From the IMG/VR virus record IMGVR_UViG_3300047557_002769, positions 64,001 to 128,000 of that record: 64,000 nt of DNA. One strand, given 5' to 3'. This document shows, piece after piece, positions 1 through 9,912 of the stretch (positions within the stretch are counted from its first letter, which is position 1; each line of letters begins with the position of its first letter). Made by a program: the position numbers and the translations under genes. The notes beneath the pieces are model-generated. The model ran no database searches. It saw only the letters and a list, made by a program, of their open reading frames with translations, and was not told the DNA's origin. This DNA is from a virus.

Positions 1-410
1 AATTTTACCGCTTCATTATCTTCAGGAAGCGTATCGAGGCGTTCAAGTATTTGATCTAGTAGCCGTTCTTCACTACTTTTAAAAACTGGTTGTTCGAATA
101 CCATCGGCATTGTATTACTTTGTACAAGCGGGGCATTCTCGGTAAACTTTTCAAGACTATACTGAGAGTATAGTAGCGTATCAACCTTTTTAAGAAAGGT
201 TCCAAACGCCATAGAAGCGTCACAGTTATGACACTTATAACGTAGGTCGTTCTTATACTTGAAGAAATAGCCTCTAGCCTTGTGACGGTTCTTAGCCGAA
301 TCGCCACAGATAATACATCTGCAGTTATAGAGAGTATCGTCTTTCTTTTTAAAAAGCGGAAGACGACTACTTACAAGAGAAAGATACTTCTGATCGAGAA
401 ATAGAGACAT
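1..410 (-). CDS. gp61: DNA primase (T4 gp61-like), N-terminal part; runs off window
   Basis: Not in ORF track. My translation from ATG at 410: MSLFLDQKYLSLVSSRLPLFKKKDDTLYNCRCIICGDSAKNRHKARGYFF...YKCHNCDASMAFGTFLK, the zinc-binding signature of T4-like primases. Confidence 0.9.
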   Translation of the reverse strand, partial: MSLFLDQKYLSLVSSRLPLFKKKDDTLYNCRCIICGDSAKNRHKARGYFFKYKNDLRYKCHNCDASMAFGTFLKKVDTLLYSQYSLEKFTENAPLVQSNTMPMVFEQPVFKSSEERLLDQILERLDTLPEDNEAVK

Positions 411-464
411 AAAAAAAGGCCCTTAACAGGCCTTAATTATAATATAGAACACTGCTGTGTACAA
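411..464 (-). promoter_or_regulatory. Terminator-like hairpin overlapped by a sigma70-type promoter in front of primase
   Basis: Minus strand TTGTAC(464-459)-17 nt-TATAAT(441-436), then AAGGCC-TGTTAAG-GGCCTTTTTTT directly before the ATG. Confidence 0.55.
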
Positions 465-466
465 TG

Positions 467-865
467 TTAAAATAGTTTTTCGAACCGAATATGTGCAAGA
501 ATGTAACCAAGAACTGCTGCACCACCCATTAACATCCAACGCCATTTTTCTAGGTGTTGAACCTTTTCAGCGAGCGCTTTGTACTGTACGGTGCTCGCAT
601 CGGATATAGCCTTATGCTGTTCTGCGCTTGATTTAGCTTGCTGATCAAGTTTCTCAATAATTTTTTCGTGCTTATGTTCGATACTAGAGTGAATATCATC
701 TCTAAGATCGCTGATTCTACTATGTAAAGTAGCGTAGTTTTGATCAATCTTCTCTTCTAGCTTCTCTACGCTTGTATTTAACGTATCGACCCTAGATTCT
801 AAGACCAAGATGCGTGAAGAGCTATCAGAAGACGGGATATTACCGTTCAGTCTACCGTTTTCCAT
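467..865 (-). CDS. Coiled-coil protein with C-terminal transmembrane helix
   Basis: Heptad-rich body; LEKWRWMLMGGAAVLGYIL tail. Confidence 0.6.
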   Translation of the reverse strand: MENGRLNGNIPSSDSSSRILVLESRVDTLNTSVEKLEEKIDQNYATLHSRISDLRDDIHSSIEHKHEKIIEKLDQQAKSSAEQHKAISDASTVQYKALAEKVQHLEKWRWMLMGGAAVLGYILAHIRFEKLF

Positions 866-872
866 AACAACC

Positions 873-1079
873 TCACTTCTTCTTTTTTACATTAACCGGT
901 GATCCTTTTGAAGGTCTACCGGGTTTATTTTTAGGTTGTGTCTTGGTTGTTTTGGTAGCCCGAATCGCAGCAGGTTTTGCTGTGACAGGTTTCGGTGCTG
1001 GCTCTACAACCGGTTTAGTTACTTCTACCGGTTGTTCATTTTTATTTTTTCTGAAAAAATTTAATAGGGCCCGTAGCAT
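873..1079 (-). CDS. Small basic hypothetical protein
   Basis: Co-oriented K/P/T-rich ORF overlapping upstream gene. Confidence 0.5.
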   Translation of the reverse strand: MLRALLNFFRKNKNEQPVEVTKPVVEPAPKPVTAKPAAIRATKTTKTQPKNKPGRPSKGSPVNVKKKK

Positions 1080-1605
1080 TCTTTTCCTCGCTTCGTCTCA
1101 GCAACTTTGGCTTTTTCTTTTTCACACCAATAGTTTCTGGGGTAAAGCCTGCTATACCGGGCGTTGCTACGGCATTATTAGCAGGAGCTTCCTCCATGAA
1201 AGTTTTAAATGATAATATATATTCTTGGTTTAGAAATTGTTGTACTAATGGTGTATCAACCGTATGTGAATTCTTTTCTAATTCACAAAGGTATTTATAC
1301 TCAAGATTTAATGGTTCGGTTTTATCGTCGTAGTGTTCTTTTATTAGCGCTAACGCTGCGGTGTATGTAAGTAGTTTTTTATTTTCTGACGGCACCTTTT
1401 CAATAATTTTCTTTAAACGAAAAACCATTCTATGAAGAATAGTATATGCACGTCGTTCTTTATCTGTGTTTAACTGGCTTAGTTTTTTTAATTCACGACC
1501 TTTAGCATCGATGATGCCAAGCTTAAACGCGTCTGTTTCTTCAAACGGAGTTACAAGCATCTTTAAAATTCTATAAGCTACAACTGAATCTAAAAATTTT
1601 GTCAT
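1042..1605 (-). CDS. Conserved T4-like hypothetical protein, probable virion/head protein
   Basis: YRILKMLVTPFEETDAFKLGIID motif; internal SFKTFMEE processing-like motif. Confidence 0.6.
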   Translation of the reverse strand: MTKFLDSVVAYRILKMLVTPFEETDAFKLGIIDAKGRELKKLSQLNTDKERRAYTILHRMVFRLKKIIEKVPSENKKLLTYTAALALIKEHYDDKTEPLNLEYKYLCELEKNSHTVDTPLVQQFLNQEYILSFKTFMEEAPANNAVATPGIAGFTPETIGVKKKKPKLLRRSEEKNATGPIKFFQKK

Positions 1606-1997
1606 TATAGGTTTTTTAAAGCTCTTGCTACTTTCTCGTCAAGTGGGATTTCATACCCCTGCATTATTACACCCTGCGACTTTATTACCGCACCAACAGG
1701 CATGTAACTAAGATATACTAGAAATGTTTTAAGCTGTGACCAGTATTTCTTTTCTATCTTAAAGAAGAGCATATTGGTTGCTGCTTCTGCTCCAAATAAA
1801 TTATAAATTATAACTAAGTGGTTTACTATCAGTTTCTCTTTGAGTCCTTTACCAGCAGTATATTTTCTAAACAGTCTTTTAAGATATCTAAACTTTTTTA
1901 GATCATCCTCAAATTCGGTTATACCTTTACACCCTGGATTATCATAATGTCTAATAGCATACATTATGAAGTTATCTTCTGTCAACTCAAAGTCCAT
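1605..1997 (-). CDS. Conserved T4-like hypothetical protein
   Basis: ELTEDNFIMYAIRHYDNP...EFEDDLKKFRYLKRLF family motif; coupled to neighbour. Confidence 0.65.
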   Translation of the reverse strand: MDFELTEDNFIMYAIRHYDNPGCKGITEFEDDLKKFRYLKRLFRKYTAGKGLKEKLIVNHLVIIYNLFGAEAATNMLFFKIEKKYWSQLKTFLVYLSYMPVGAVIKSQGVIMQGYEIPLDEKVARALKNL

Positions 1998-1998
1998 T

Positions 1999-2442
1999 TT
2001 ACGTTACAATATCAGCAGTGCCTCCGATCATATACCATTGATTATTAGTATACAATAATGTTGCTGTATCACCTTTGCTATTAAAAACTATTGAACCGGT
2101 TATTGAAAGGTTACTAGAAATAGTATAGCTACCACCTGTGGTAGCGGTCATAACAATAATTTTTACCTGGTTTGTGGTGCCTGTAGGTATTGTTAAAGTA
2201 CCACCAGAAGCATCACTACTAAGATGCGTTACAGGTTTAGTTAGATCAATAATACCAGGTGCAGCTAAGAGCTGGACTGATGAGTCTAGATTTACATTAC
2301 CTTTTAACGTCACATTTGCAGCATTAGCAAATAGTGTCGCAGCGGTAACTTTTTTACTAGTATTAGACTGCACCAGGTAAAGCATATCGCTACCCCCAAC
2401 GGAGGTAGCGGAAGTCAGTTCACTTACTTTCGAATCAGCCAT
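1999..2442 (-). CDS. Putative virion structural protein
   Basis: MADSKVSELTSAT start; T/S/G-rich beta composition; GDTATLLYTNNQWY tail. Confidence 0.6.
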   Translation of the reverse strand: MADSKVSELTSATSVGGSDMLYLVQSNTSKKVTAATLFANAANVTLKGNVNLDSSVQLLAAPGIIDLTKPVTHLSSDASGGTLTIPTGTTNQVKIIVMTATTGGSYTISSNLSITGSIVFNSKGDTATLLYTNNQWYMIGGTADIVT

Positions 2443-2445
2443 TTA

Positions 2446-3273
2446 TTAGACTACTTCTAACTCAGCAGCAGTAGATGTGACAGAATCAGCACCACCGACA
2501 CCGCTTACAACAACACGATACTGATAGTTATCCTTACCAGTTACATCAGAGATGGTTAGTGTGTTGGTTGTAGTGCCTGAGTATACACCGGCGTTGGTAA
2601 GTGTAGCCCATGCCACGGTGTTGTTCTCTTGCCACTGATATGTGAGAGTCTGGCCAGTAGGATCGGTAGAAGCAACAGCAAAGAATACTGCTGCATTACC
2701 AGCAGCATTGCTGACGTTTGCAGGTTGTGTATTGATAAGAATTTGATAGTCAGCGGCTACTGTATCGTCATCAGCGTCAACACCAGCACCAGTTCCGAAT
2801 AGAGAACCAGCAGCGTTAGAAGCAAAGTTCTTCGATAGAGCAACTAGAACCTCAGATTTATTACGTGTCTGGCCAAGCGCGTCAGTATAGGTCTTATACG
2901 TAACCCAACCAGTATGTGATGCAACACCACGAGCTTTGTTTTCTGCAACAACGATTTCAACCCGGTCAATACCATAAACGTCTTGAATGGTAGGCTCGTT
3001 TAGATTACCACTAGAAACGTTAGCAACAAACTTAGGACCCTGCTGAACGTAAGCTGTAGCACCGGAAACTGCCTTACCATTAGCCGTCAATTCCAGTGCA
3101 GTATTAGATGCAATCGTTGCGATCTGAAATTTAGAGCCGGTAATTGTAAGATAATCACCTTCTTTTAGATCAGTAGTAAAAGCAGTACCAGAGCCATTAA
3201 CTCTAGTATTACCAGCATAAGCGGTAACGGTGCCTGTTGCCGCTACATTATCTAGATTACCCCATGAGGACAT
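2446..3273 (-). CDS. Virion structural protein with C-terminal Ig-like domain (Hoc-like decoration)
   Basis: INTQPANVS...LTYQWQ...TLTISDVT...YQYRVVVS Ig-like pattern. Confidence 0.7.
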   Translation of the reverse strand: MSSWGNLDNVAATGTVTAYAGNTRVNGSGTAFTTDLKEGDYLTITGSKFQIATIASNTALELTANGKAVSGATAYVQQGPKFVANVSSGNLNEPTIQDVYGIDRVEIVVAENKARGVASHTGWVTYKTYTDALGQTRNKSEVLVALSKNFASNAAGSLFGTGAGVDADDDTVAADYQILINTQPANVSNAAGNAAVFFAVASTDPTGQTLTYQWQENNTVAWATLTNAGVYSGTTTNTLTISDVTGKDNYQYRVVVSGVGGADSVTSTAAELEVV

Positions 3274-3330
3274 CGAAGTCTCCTTTTTTTATTATAGGGC
3301 TACCGTTACGGGGTAGCCATCCTGGATTAT

Positions 3331-4041
3331 TTAGGCTTCGTTATCGTTAGAGAAAATAGAAGTGTCTTTAGCGTTAAAAGCGTCGTTAGCAATCTTAACA
3401 GCTTCTTCTTCGCCATACTTCTGCTTTGCAGCTTGAAGATATTCACCAAAGGTATGGTTAGTTTCTTCGTTGGTTTTAGCTCTACGCTTCATTGAACCAG
3501 CCATACGCGCTCCAGACTTCATTCTGGCAGCTTTTGGCTCTTCTACTTCATCTTCAGTATCTACTTGCTTGCTGCCACCGTATCTGGTACCGTGCTTAAC
3601 ACCTGAACCACCAGAAGGTTGAGGGCCTGAGCGTGCATTGACAGACTTCATCATATCATCCCAGCCTTCTTCAATAGCTGTTTCAATAAGCTGAATTTCT
3701 TCTTCTGTATATTCTTCTTTTGCTAGTACTTTCTTAAGTACTGCGCCTGCAACGCGTTGACCAGCTTCTTTTGAGCCATATTTCTTACCAGCTGACTTAG
3801 CAATCTTAGCAAAGTTCATACCAGGCTTGCCTACATCTTCACCCTTTTTAAAACGAGCCTCATCAACCTGCTCTTCTTCTTTCATAGGCTTGGCTTTTTT
3901 ACCAGCGCGCAGCATTTCGAAATCTTTTGCAGTCAGCTCGTCCTTTTCAGGTTCATGAACGTCGATTTGTTGTTGTTTGGCAGTGAGAACTTTTTTCTCA
4001 CCTAACATAACGCTAATAACAGCTTTTTCTAGATCTTTCAT
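3331..4041 (-). CDS. Charged putative internal head protein
   Basis: E/K-rich, repeated xEE motifs, located in late block. Confidence 0.55.
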   Translation of the reverse strand: MKDLEKAVISVMLGEKKVLTAKQQQIDVHEPEKDELTAKDFEMLRAGKKAKPMKEEEQVDEARFKKGEDVGKPGMNFAKIAKSAGKKYGSKEAGQRVAGAVLKKVLAKEEYTEEEIQLIETAIEEGWDDMMKSVNARSGPQPSGGSGVKHGTRYGGSKQVDTEDEVEEPKAARMKSGARMAGSMKRRAKTNEETNHTFGEYLQAAKQKYGEEEAVKIANDAFNAKDTSIFSNDNEA

Positions 4042-4052
4042 TTTAATTTTCC

Positions 4053-4448
4053 TTATAGTTTCGAAACGGGGGTGTTTGACCAGAACTTACAGCTCCAATA
4101 ACGAGCTTTCCATTTAGGACCGGGATTATCGCAGTTGTGTCTTGCTCTAAAGCTTTTCTTTCTCTCTGGATTGTCACGTTTGATAGAAAGATTAGGATCG
4201 CCAAAATTTACTTTAACGACGTTACCCTTATCGTTCTTAACGTATACTGCTCTTTTTTTAGGGCCACCAGGTGTTAAAAAGGGCTTGTTAAGTTTACGAC
4301 CGCTAGAATCCTCTTCGTGGAGTTCACCCCAGTCTTCATAATCTTCCATGCCATCAGAAGCAAATGTTTCTTCTGTAATTCCAAAATCTTCGCTATGCTC
4401 TTCACAAAAAGCACAGCATTGTTCTCTTACCTGCTTAAATGTTTTCAT
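4053..4448 (-). CDS. Conserved phage protein (DUF6321-like)
   Basis: LNKPFLTPGGPKK..VYVKNDKGNVVKVNFGDP...RKKSFRARHNC..ARYWSC; N-terminal MKTFKQVRE. Confidence 0.65.
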   Translation of the reverse strand: MKTFKQVREQCCAFCEEHSEDFGITEETFASDGMEDYEDWGELHEEDSSGRKLNKPFLTPGGPKKRAVYVKNDKGNVVKVNFGDPNLSIKRDNPERKKSFRARHNCDNPGPKWKARYWSCKFWSNTPVSKL

Positions 4449-5539
4449 CTTGAAGCCTTAAAAGTTTTTAGTTTAGGTGCCTTCGATGGCTTCATTTTTT
4501 TAGCAGCTTTAGCTCTGTAGCCAGCTAATCTTTTCTGTTCAATATCTCTCATCTTAGAAACCATACGAGTTGCAAGCGAGGTTTGAATATATTTCATTCT
4601 AGACACTTGCTGTTCAATTCTATCTTTTTCAGCAGCAGATAATGTTGACTTATCTCTACCTCTTAAAAAGCGTTTGTAGATAGCTCTACGTGCAGCTAGT
4701 GTGGCTCTCTTTTTAAGAACGTTAACGTTTGAAGGTCTGCGTAACTTTAGACTTCTTGCAACGTTACGCTTACCTCTCATGCGAGCAAACGCCTGACGTT
4801 TCTTAAGCCTAGACTGTACGCTTAGTTTTTCGTCAAGGACTTCTTCTTTGACTTCTTCCTTCTCATCGTTTTCATCTTCATCTTCGTCCTCCTCTACTAG
4901 CTCTACGTCATCATAAAGATCAACAATATCTTCCCAGGTCAGTTCATCAACCATTTTGTTGAGTTCTTCTTCAGAAAGCTCTTCTTCTACAGAGGTTTGC
5001 TCAGATAAGAATGCACTAAAGGTTAGAACAACACCTTCTTGTTGTCTTGCAGCCCAGATATTATCAACCATGTTAGGATAAGGTCTACCGGCTGCTTTAG
5101 CTCTTGCTTTTGCTTTAGCTTTGCTTGCAGATGATAATTTTTCTTTGGGAAGTTTGGCTCTTTCTTTTGCTTGGTCCCATACCGCTTCATTAGCTATATC
5201 ATAAGACTCTTCTACCTCACCAGTGTCTGATTTAGGTACATGTGCGTAGGGTAGATCAGCAATAGTAGCGTCTTTATGACCATGTAGTTTTAGCATAGTA
5301 TCAACATGAGTCTGCATGTACTTCTCATGTTGATCAAGCACACCTAGTGACTGTAATGCATCGTGAGCTCTAGCCATATGATAACTAAAGTCATGAATCA
5401 TAACATTAGTTGCCATGCCAGCAGCTAGTGCTTTTTTTTCAACATCTAAGTAGTTATCTGTGGCTTCTAGCGCAGTTTTAAGAAGCTCGTGCTGTAGGTA
5501 TCTATCTGTAATCATTTTAGAAACGACCTTAACATCCAA
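4445..5539 (-). CDS. Putative internal head protein with acidic and basic blocks
   Basis: AKARAKAAGRPYPNMVDN motif; acidic tract followed by R/K-rich C-terminus; exact start uncertain. Confidence 0.55.
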   Translation of the reverse strand: MDVKVVSKMITDRYLQHELLKTALEATDNYLDVEKKALAAGMATNVMIHDFSYHMARAHDALQSLGVLDQHEKYMQTHVDTMLKLHGHKDATIADLPYAHVPKSDTGEVEESYDIANEAVWDQAKERAKLPKEKLSSASKAKAKARAKAAGRPYPNMVDNIWAARQQEGVVLTFSAFLSEQTSVEEELSEEELNKMVDELTWEDIVDLYDDVELVEEDEDEDENDEKEEVKEEVLDEKLSVQSRLKKRQAFARMRGKRNVARSLKLRRPSNVNVLKKRATLAARRAIYKRFLRGRDKSTLSAAEKDRIEQQVSRMKYIQTSLATRMVSKMRDIEQKRLAGYRAKAAKKMKPSKAPKLKTFKASR

Positions 5540-5940
5540 CCGTGTTTTTCATGTGCTTGTATTCTATCTTGAAGGTAGTTAGATATTCCAACTTCACCTT
5601 CTTTTTCTGCTTCTTGATAAGCGATTAATAGTGAGGCTCTTAATTTAGTATTTTCTTTTTCTAAATTCGAAAGCATCGCAAGCGCACTTGGTATAGTATC
5701 TGTCTCTTCAATACTAGTTAGTTCTTTAAATCTGGCTAAAGTACCAGGCGCATAAGAATCTAAAGTTCTGATTAATTCAGCAATTGCATCAACCGAACTG
5801 TGTACGTCCTCATAAAGTTCACCCATAAATTCATGATACTGAGCGAAGTTAGGACCTTCAACGTTCCAGTGGTAGTACTGAGCCTTTAAGTAAAACGTAA
5901 AGGCATCTGCTAAAGTAGTCTTTAATGTATCAACTAGCAT
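5512..5940 (-). CDS. dps: Dps family ferritin-like DNA protection protein
   Basis: HWNVEGPNFAQYHEFMGELY...DAIAELIRTL...HEKHGWML. Confidence 0.92.
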   Translation of the reverse strand: MLVDTLKTTLADAFTFYLKAQYYHWNVEGPNFAQYHEFMGELYEDVHSSVDAIAELIRTLDSYAPGTLARFKELTSIEETDTIPSALAMLSNLEKENTKLRASLLIAYQEAEKEGEVGISNYLQDRIQAHEKHGWMLRSFLK

Positions 5941-5941
5941 G

Positions 5942-6988
5942 TTATAGCCCTAGGTATTGTTTAAACTGCATTTTACGTAGTGTTGGTGGCTTCATTGCCA
6001 CCCCAGCACGTACTTTAGAAAGTGTGTCTTGCGTAGTCTGCTGCACGGGCACATCTGTTTTAGGAGCGGCTTTTTCCCGATCCATAGCATCCTCATGACC
6101 TGCTGGCTCACCTAAGTAGCCACCGCTTCTAACGGTCTCAATCATCTTTTTAAACTCTTTGTATGCAGAAGGACACTGATCTAAATTTCTAGTTTGAATT
6201 CCATCAAACTCGAGTTGTAGATGTTCTTCGTTTAAGCGTCTAATTTCTGTAAAAGGCATAAAGAGAGCTGGGATTTTCTTCTCTTTAATATTGCTAGGTT
6301 TTTCCCCGGGTGTAATTTTTTTCATATGGTCGGTGCCTTTTTTCTCTCCCCATTGGTATTTGGATATTTTAAGATGTGGGTCATATATCTCTTTTATTCC
6401 CATGGAGCTTCTTACAGTATGATAAACTTTTTCTTTATGTTCGTCAGAGAGCTTAGAAAGAAGACCAGATTTAAATTTTTCTTTCTCACCAGCTAAGGCA
6501 TGGCTACGTAGCTTAGTGCCCGACATACCAGCTGCGCCTTCAGCATCAGGGTCTCGTTGACCAGCAGAAACTACTTTAATAGATTTAAAGTTGTATAGAG
6601 CCCCTTCATGTGTACCGTTATAGTGCTCTAGTTTTTTCTTATATTCATCTACTCTGTCTGAACCTGCAACCATTACTAAATGTTTATGGCCTTGTTCGTG
6701 TAGGTGCTTTGCGATATGGAGCATTGAGGGCATTTCTTTGCTTGAAGAGCCTACATGCGCCTCAGGGTAGGCATGTTTAATTAATTCGACTTTATGTTCA
6801 GCTGTCAAAGGATTTTTCTTTGCATCATGAGAGTGAGAGGTATAGATGTGTGCTGTTGCGCCATGCTGTTTAGCAACTGCGATAGTTTTGTCAAAAAGCT
6901 TTTCATGCCCTATTGTAGGTGGGTTATTACGACCGTAGGTAAAAACCGCGGTTTTTTCGTCTTTTTCTTGAAGGAAGGTTTTAAACAT
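5942..6988 (-). CDS. Cytidylyltransferase-superfamily nucleotidyltransferase
   Basis: GRNNPPTIGHEKL (T/HxGH), KNPL, VAGSDRV, MSGTKLR motifs. Confidence 0.75.
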   Translation of the reverse strand: MFKTFLQEKDEKTAVFTYGRNNPPTIGHEKLFDKTIAVAKQHGATAHIYTSHSHDAKKNPLTAEHKVELIKHAYPEAHVGSSSKEMPSMLHIAKHLHEQGHKHLVMVAGSDRVDEYKKKLEHYNGTHEGALYNFKSIKVVSAGQRDPDAEGAAGMSGTKLRSHALAGEKEKFKSGLLSKLSDEHKEKVYHTVRSSMGIKEIYDPHLKISKYQWGEKKGTDHMKKITPGEKPSNIKEKKIPALFMPFTEIRRLNEEHLQLEFDGIQTRNLDQCPSAYKEFKKMIETVRSGGYLGEPAGHEDAMDREKAAPKTDVPVQQTTQDTLSKVRAGVAMKPPTLRKMQFKQYLGL

Positions 6989-7011
6989 GTCGACAACTGT
7001 AAATTATTATT

Positions 7012-7019
7012 TATTTATA
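7012..7019 (-). promoter_or_regulatory. T4-type late promoter TATAAATA
   Basis: TATTTATA on plus strand, 23 nt upstream of ATG 6988. Confidence 0.7.
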
Positions 7020-7030
7020 ACTTTTTATAA

Positions 7031-7657
7031 TTAGTATATCCAGAACCCTAACCTATCCCCGCTAGGGCAATCATACCAGATAGATCCTTCGGGTTGCTCA
7101 CTTTGTTCATCTCTCCATACCGGAATTGCATTTCTGTAAGAATGATGCGCAAAATCATCGTTATATCTAAGATGTATTTCTATTACTTTATCTCCGATAA
7201 GCTCAAAATTTACCCACTTATACTTGAGGTAGAATCCACCTAATGATTTAGGTATCGTAAAATCTTCATCTAGTCGCACCCATCGACTAAATCTATCTAA
7301 TCTTTCCGAGTCTCTAAAACCCTCTGCTGCAACAGTCTGAACACCTCTTAAATAGTCAACTGTAATATGTCTACCCTCTAACCACTCACACCAAAAATAT
7401 CCATCTGGTACTTGGTCTGTATCATTAGGTGTAAGCCATATCTTCCTTGCACCGCGCGACATCATTCTCAAATTTGTAATAGGTCTTATAATATACCAGT
7501 TATCTTTAGGCACTGGTATACCAGCAGGGGCAGCCTGTAATCCTTGTTTTTTCGCTACAATTAACTTATCGTAAATCCATAAATCATCAGTATTAACTTT
7601 ATGCCAAACGTCTTTATCGTCTATAAACATTACTTGCTGTGCATATTGATATACCAA
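7031..7657 (-). CDS. Hypothetical protein, possibly ATP-grasp-like
   Basis: IIRPITNL, CEWLEGRHITVDY, NFELIGDKVIEIHLR resemble a degenerate ATP-grasp; start probably 7630. Confidence 0.4.
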   Translation of the reverse strand: MVYQYAQQVMFIDDKDVWHKVNTDDLWIYDKLIVAKKQGLQAAPAGIPVPKDNWYIIRPITNLRMMSRGARKIWLTPNDTDQVPDGYFWCEWLEGRHITVDYLRGVQTVAAEGFRDSERLDRFSRWVRLDEDFTIPKSLGGFYLKYKWVNFELIGDKVIEIHLRYNDDFAHHSYRNAIPVWRDEQSEQPEGSIWYDCPSGDRLGFWIY

Positions 7658-7833
7658 TGTGCTAGTTGTTTTTTACGTGGAGATGCTGATTTGGAAGAGC
7701 GGATTTTCTTAAGCTGAGTTATTGTCTTACCCTTAAGACCATGTCTAGCCATGTCACCTTTGTCTTGAGGGTTACGGCCATCCATAAAGTTTTCTCTAAG
7801 TTCTTTAAACGTTTTCATTTTATTTCTATCCAT
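7630..7833 (-). CDS. Small basic virion-associated protein
   Basis: MKTFKELRENFMDGRNPQDKGD...KQLAHWYINM; likely start 7818. Confidence 0.55.
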   Translation of the reverse strand: MDRNKMKTFKELRENFMDGRNPQDKGDMARHGLKGKTITQLKKIRSSKSASPRKKQLAHWYINMHSK

Positions 7834-9095
7834 CTTAGAGTAGCTTTGCAGTCCGAGTTGTTTGCAATTTTAGTACAAATAACAGCCAAAATCTGACTAT
7901 TATTACTAAAGTAATTTTGATAGATTGAATCCGATAAAGTAAACGAGCCTGTTAGCTGGTTTGCACCAGACCCTGCACCGGTAGCACCAGCGGCAAAGCC
8001 ATCCGCAATAGCAACATAGTTAACATTAGCTGCCCAGCCGGTCTGTAGAGAAGGGTTCTTTACATATTGGCATACACTGTAGCCGGGTACATTAGCCCAC
8101 GCAGGCGTTCCGTTAAAAATAGAACTAGCATTTGGTGCGATGACGATTCGGTAATTTACATCGTTAGTCGCTAATATAGCCCATTCCTTAATTCTTGCAA
8201 ACATTTGATTAGGTTTGCCAGTTATAGTATCTTTTAGTTTAATAGCTAGTAAGCATTGACCATCAGTAGTATTAGAAATAGTTGTTGTATTACCATCTGT
8301 ACTGATCGAGTGTGTAAAACCAACCTCAACATCTGAGCCTTCACAGTATACCGCCCCACAAATAACTTGTAGTGTGGATGCAGAAGCTGCAGTACCTGAA
8401 TTTTTAATCTCCCACCTTAGTGGAAGACTGGGTTGCATTATGTAAGGTTCAGTGGTATTGTTAGCATGTCTAAACTGATGTACGTAGTGAATAGCACCAT
8501 CAATAACGAAGCCGACTCGCACTCTACCTACCCCTAGCCATTGATAATCACAGGTAAAGATATGACATTTTGTAAAGTCAGCTGTAATACCGCTTGGATT
8601 GTATTCATTCATAGAACCATCCAAACGATCTAAATTCCAACTTGTTCGTGGTACTACCTCATTGTCAACCCCTTTTTTTCTTATTACCATTTCCGGGGTC
8701 AAACCATTCATCCTGAAGTATATACCATTCCTATCATCAAACAAACCAACGGCTTGTATTACATTAGCTTTATGTGTACCCATTCTAAAAGTCATGATAG
8801 CTTTATTAGAGGTACCTGAGATATAAGGATGATATTGTTTAGTTTGATATACTACTCTATCACCGGATGCAGTTGTAACTGTTGCAAGGAATTGGCAGTT
8901 AGAAGTATCTGAAGTCAGGACCCCAGTACCTTCCAGATGATCATTCATAACCGACTGTGTTTCATTGTCGTACTGAAATCTATACTCACCTAAGACTCGT
9001 GCGCTAGTAGAACGCAAACCACCAAAAGCATCGATATTTGGACTATCGTCGTATCTAATTTTATCGTCAAACAAATAGGTCATACTATTCTCCAT
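7815..9095 (-). CDS. Putative virion structural protein
   Basis: DAFGGLR, YQWLGVGRVRVGF, PSLPLRWEI motifs; beta-rich. Confidence 0.6.
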   Translation of the reverse strand: MENSMTYLFDDKIRYDDSPNIDAFGGLRSTSARVLGEYRFQYDNETQSVMNDHLEGTGVLTSDTSNCQFLATVTTASGDRVVYQTKQYHPYISGTSNKAIMTFRMGTHKANVIQAVGLFDDRNGIYFRMNGLTPEMVIRKKGVDNEVVPRTSWNLDRLDGSMNEYNPSGITADFTKCHIFTCDYQWLGVGRVRVGFVIDGAIHYVHQFRHANNTTEPYIMQPSLPLRWEIKNSGTAASASTLQVICGAVYCEGSDVEVGFTHSISTDGNTTTISNTTDGQCLLAIKLKDTITGKPNQMFARIKEWAILATNDVNYRIVIAPNASSIFNGTPAWANVPGYSVCQYVKNPSLQTGWAANVNYVAIADGFAAGATGAGSGANQLTGSFTLSDSIYQNYFSNNSQILAVICTKIANNSDCKATLRWIEIK

Positions 9096-9862
9096 CCGTC
9101 CCTGTATATTAGGGTAACTGAGCCGTTGTTAATTCTTATTTCAAAACCATTGGGATCGTTGTCCACTACACCAATAACTTTTATAGGTGTGAGTTGAGCA
9201 TGCCCCGATTCGTCTTTTATGATGACTTCTCTACCATTTACTATAGTTGAAGGATCAGGCAGTGTAATATAACACTTAACATCGCAGTTTACCCCTACGT
9301 AATAGTCCCTTCTTGTTATCGTATAATCACCTGTAACCAACTTGGTAGGCATGTCCAAGTTAATTACATCACCTGCACCGCCACCTGGACCGGTAAGAGA
9401 AATCTTACTTACCCAATCCTCTAAGAATTTAATTTTTTTTCTAATGTCGTTTAATGTACGACCGGGAAGATCAACATCGGGTTGTTGATATGTTTTTTCT
9501 TCTAGCTTAACTTCTTTAGTAATATGCTCGGCGGCGAGATCGGCGAGGGTTTTGGGCTCGGGGCCGGTGGGTGTTTTTTCGGCTTGTGCTTGAACCAACT
9601 CATCACTTTCCTCCTTCAACACGGTTAACACTTCATCGAGTGTAGGTGGCTTAGGGTAGGTAATATTGATCTTTTCCACAAACTGCTCAGCTACCACTGC
9701 CGCTTCTGCGAGATCTTTAATGGTGTTTGATCTGACTGATTCAACAATTTCTTTTTGAATCTGCTCGTATCGCTCCACCTCTTCTACCAAAGCAGGATCA
9801 ATCTCAGTGCCCATTGCACGAGACCACTTTACCAAAAGCTGCTTTTCTTTAATACTTTTCAT
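9080..9862 (-). CDS. Putative virion protein
   Basis: GPGGGAGDV linker then DYYVGV...ITLP...IIKDESG...DGWRIV beta module. Confidence 0.55.
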   Translation of the reverse strand: MKSIKEKQLLVKWSRAMGTEIDPALVEEVERYEQIQKEIVESVRSNTIKDLAEAAVVAEQFVEKINITYPKPPTLDEVLTVLKEESDELVQAQAEKTPTGPEPKTLADLAAEHITKEVKLEEKTYQQPDVDLPGRTLNDIRKKIKFLEDWVSKISLTGPGGGAGDVINLDMPTKLVTGDYTITRRDYYVGVNCDVKCYITLPDPSTIVNGREVIIKDESGHAQLTPIKVIGVVDNDPNGFEIRINNGSVTLIYRDGWRIV

Positions 9863-9912
9863 TGATCTTCTATTGCCTAGCCTGTAAAATCCATATGTGG
9901 GCCGGTGAGAAA

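Noticed and set aside
56-307. 83-aa ORF from the track
   Set aside because: Out-of-frame overlap with the primase reading frame.
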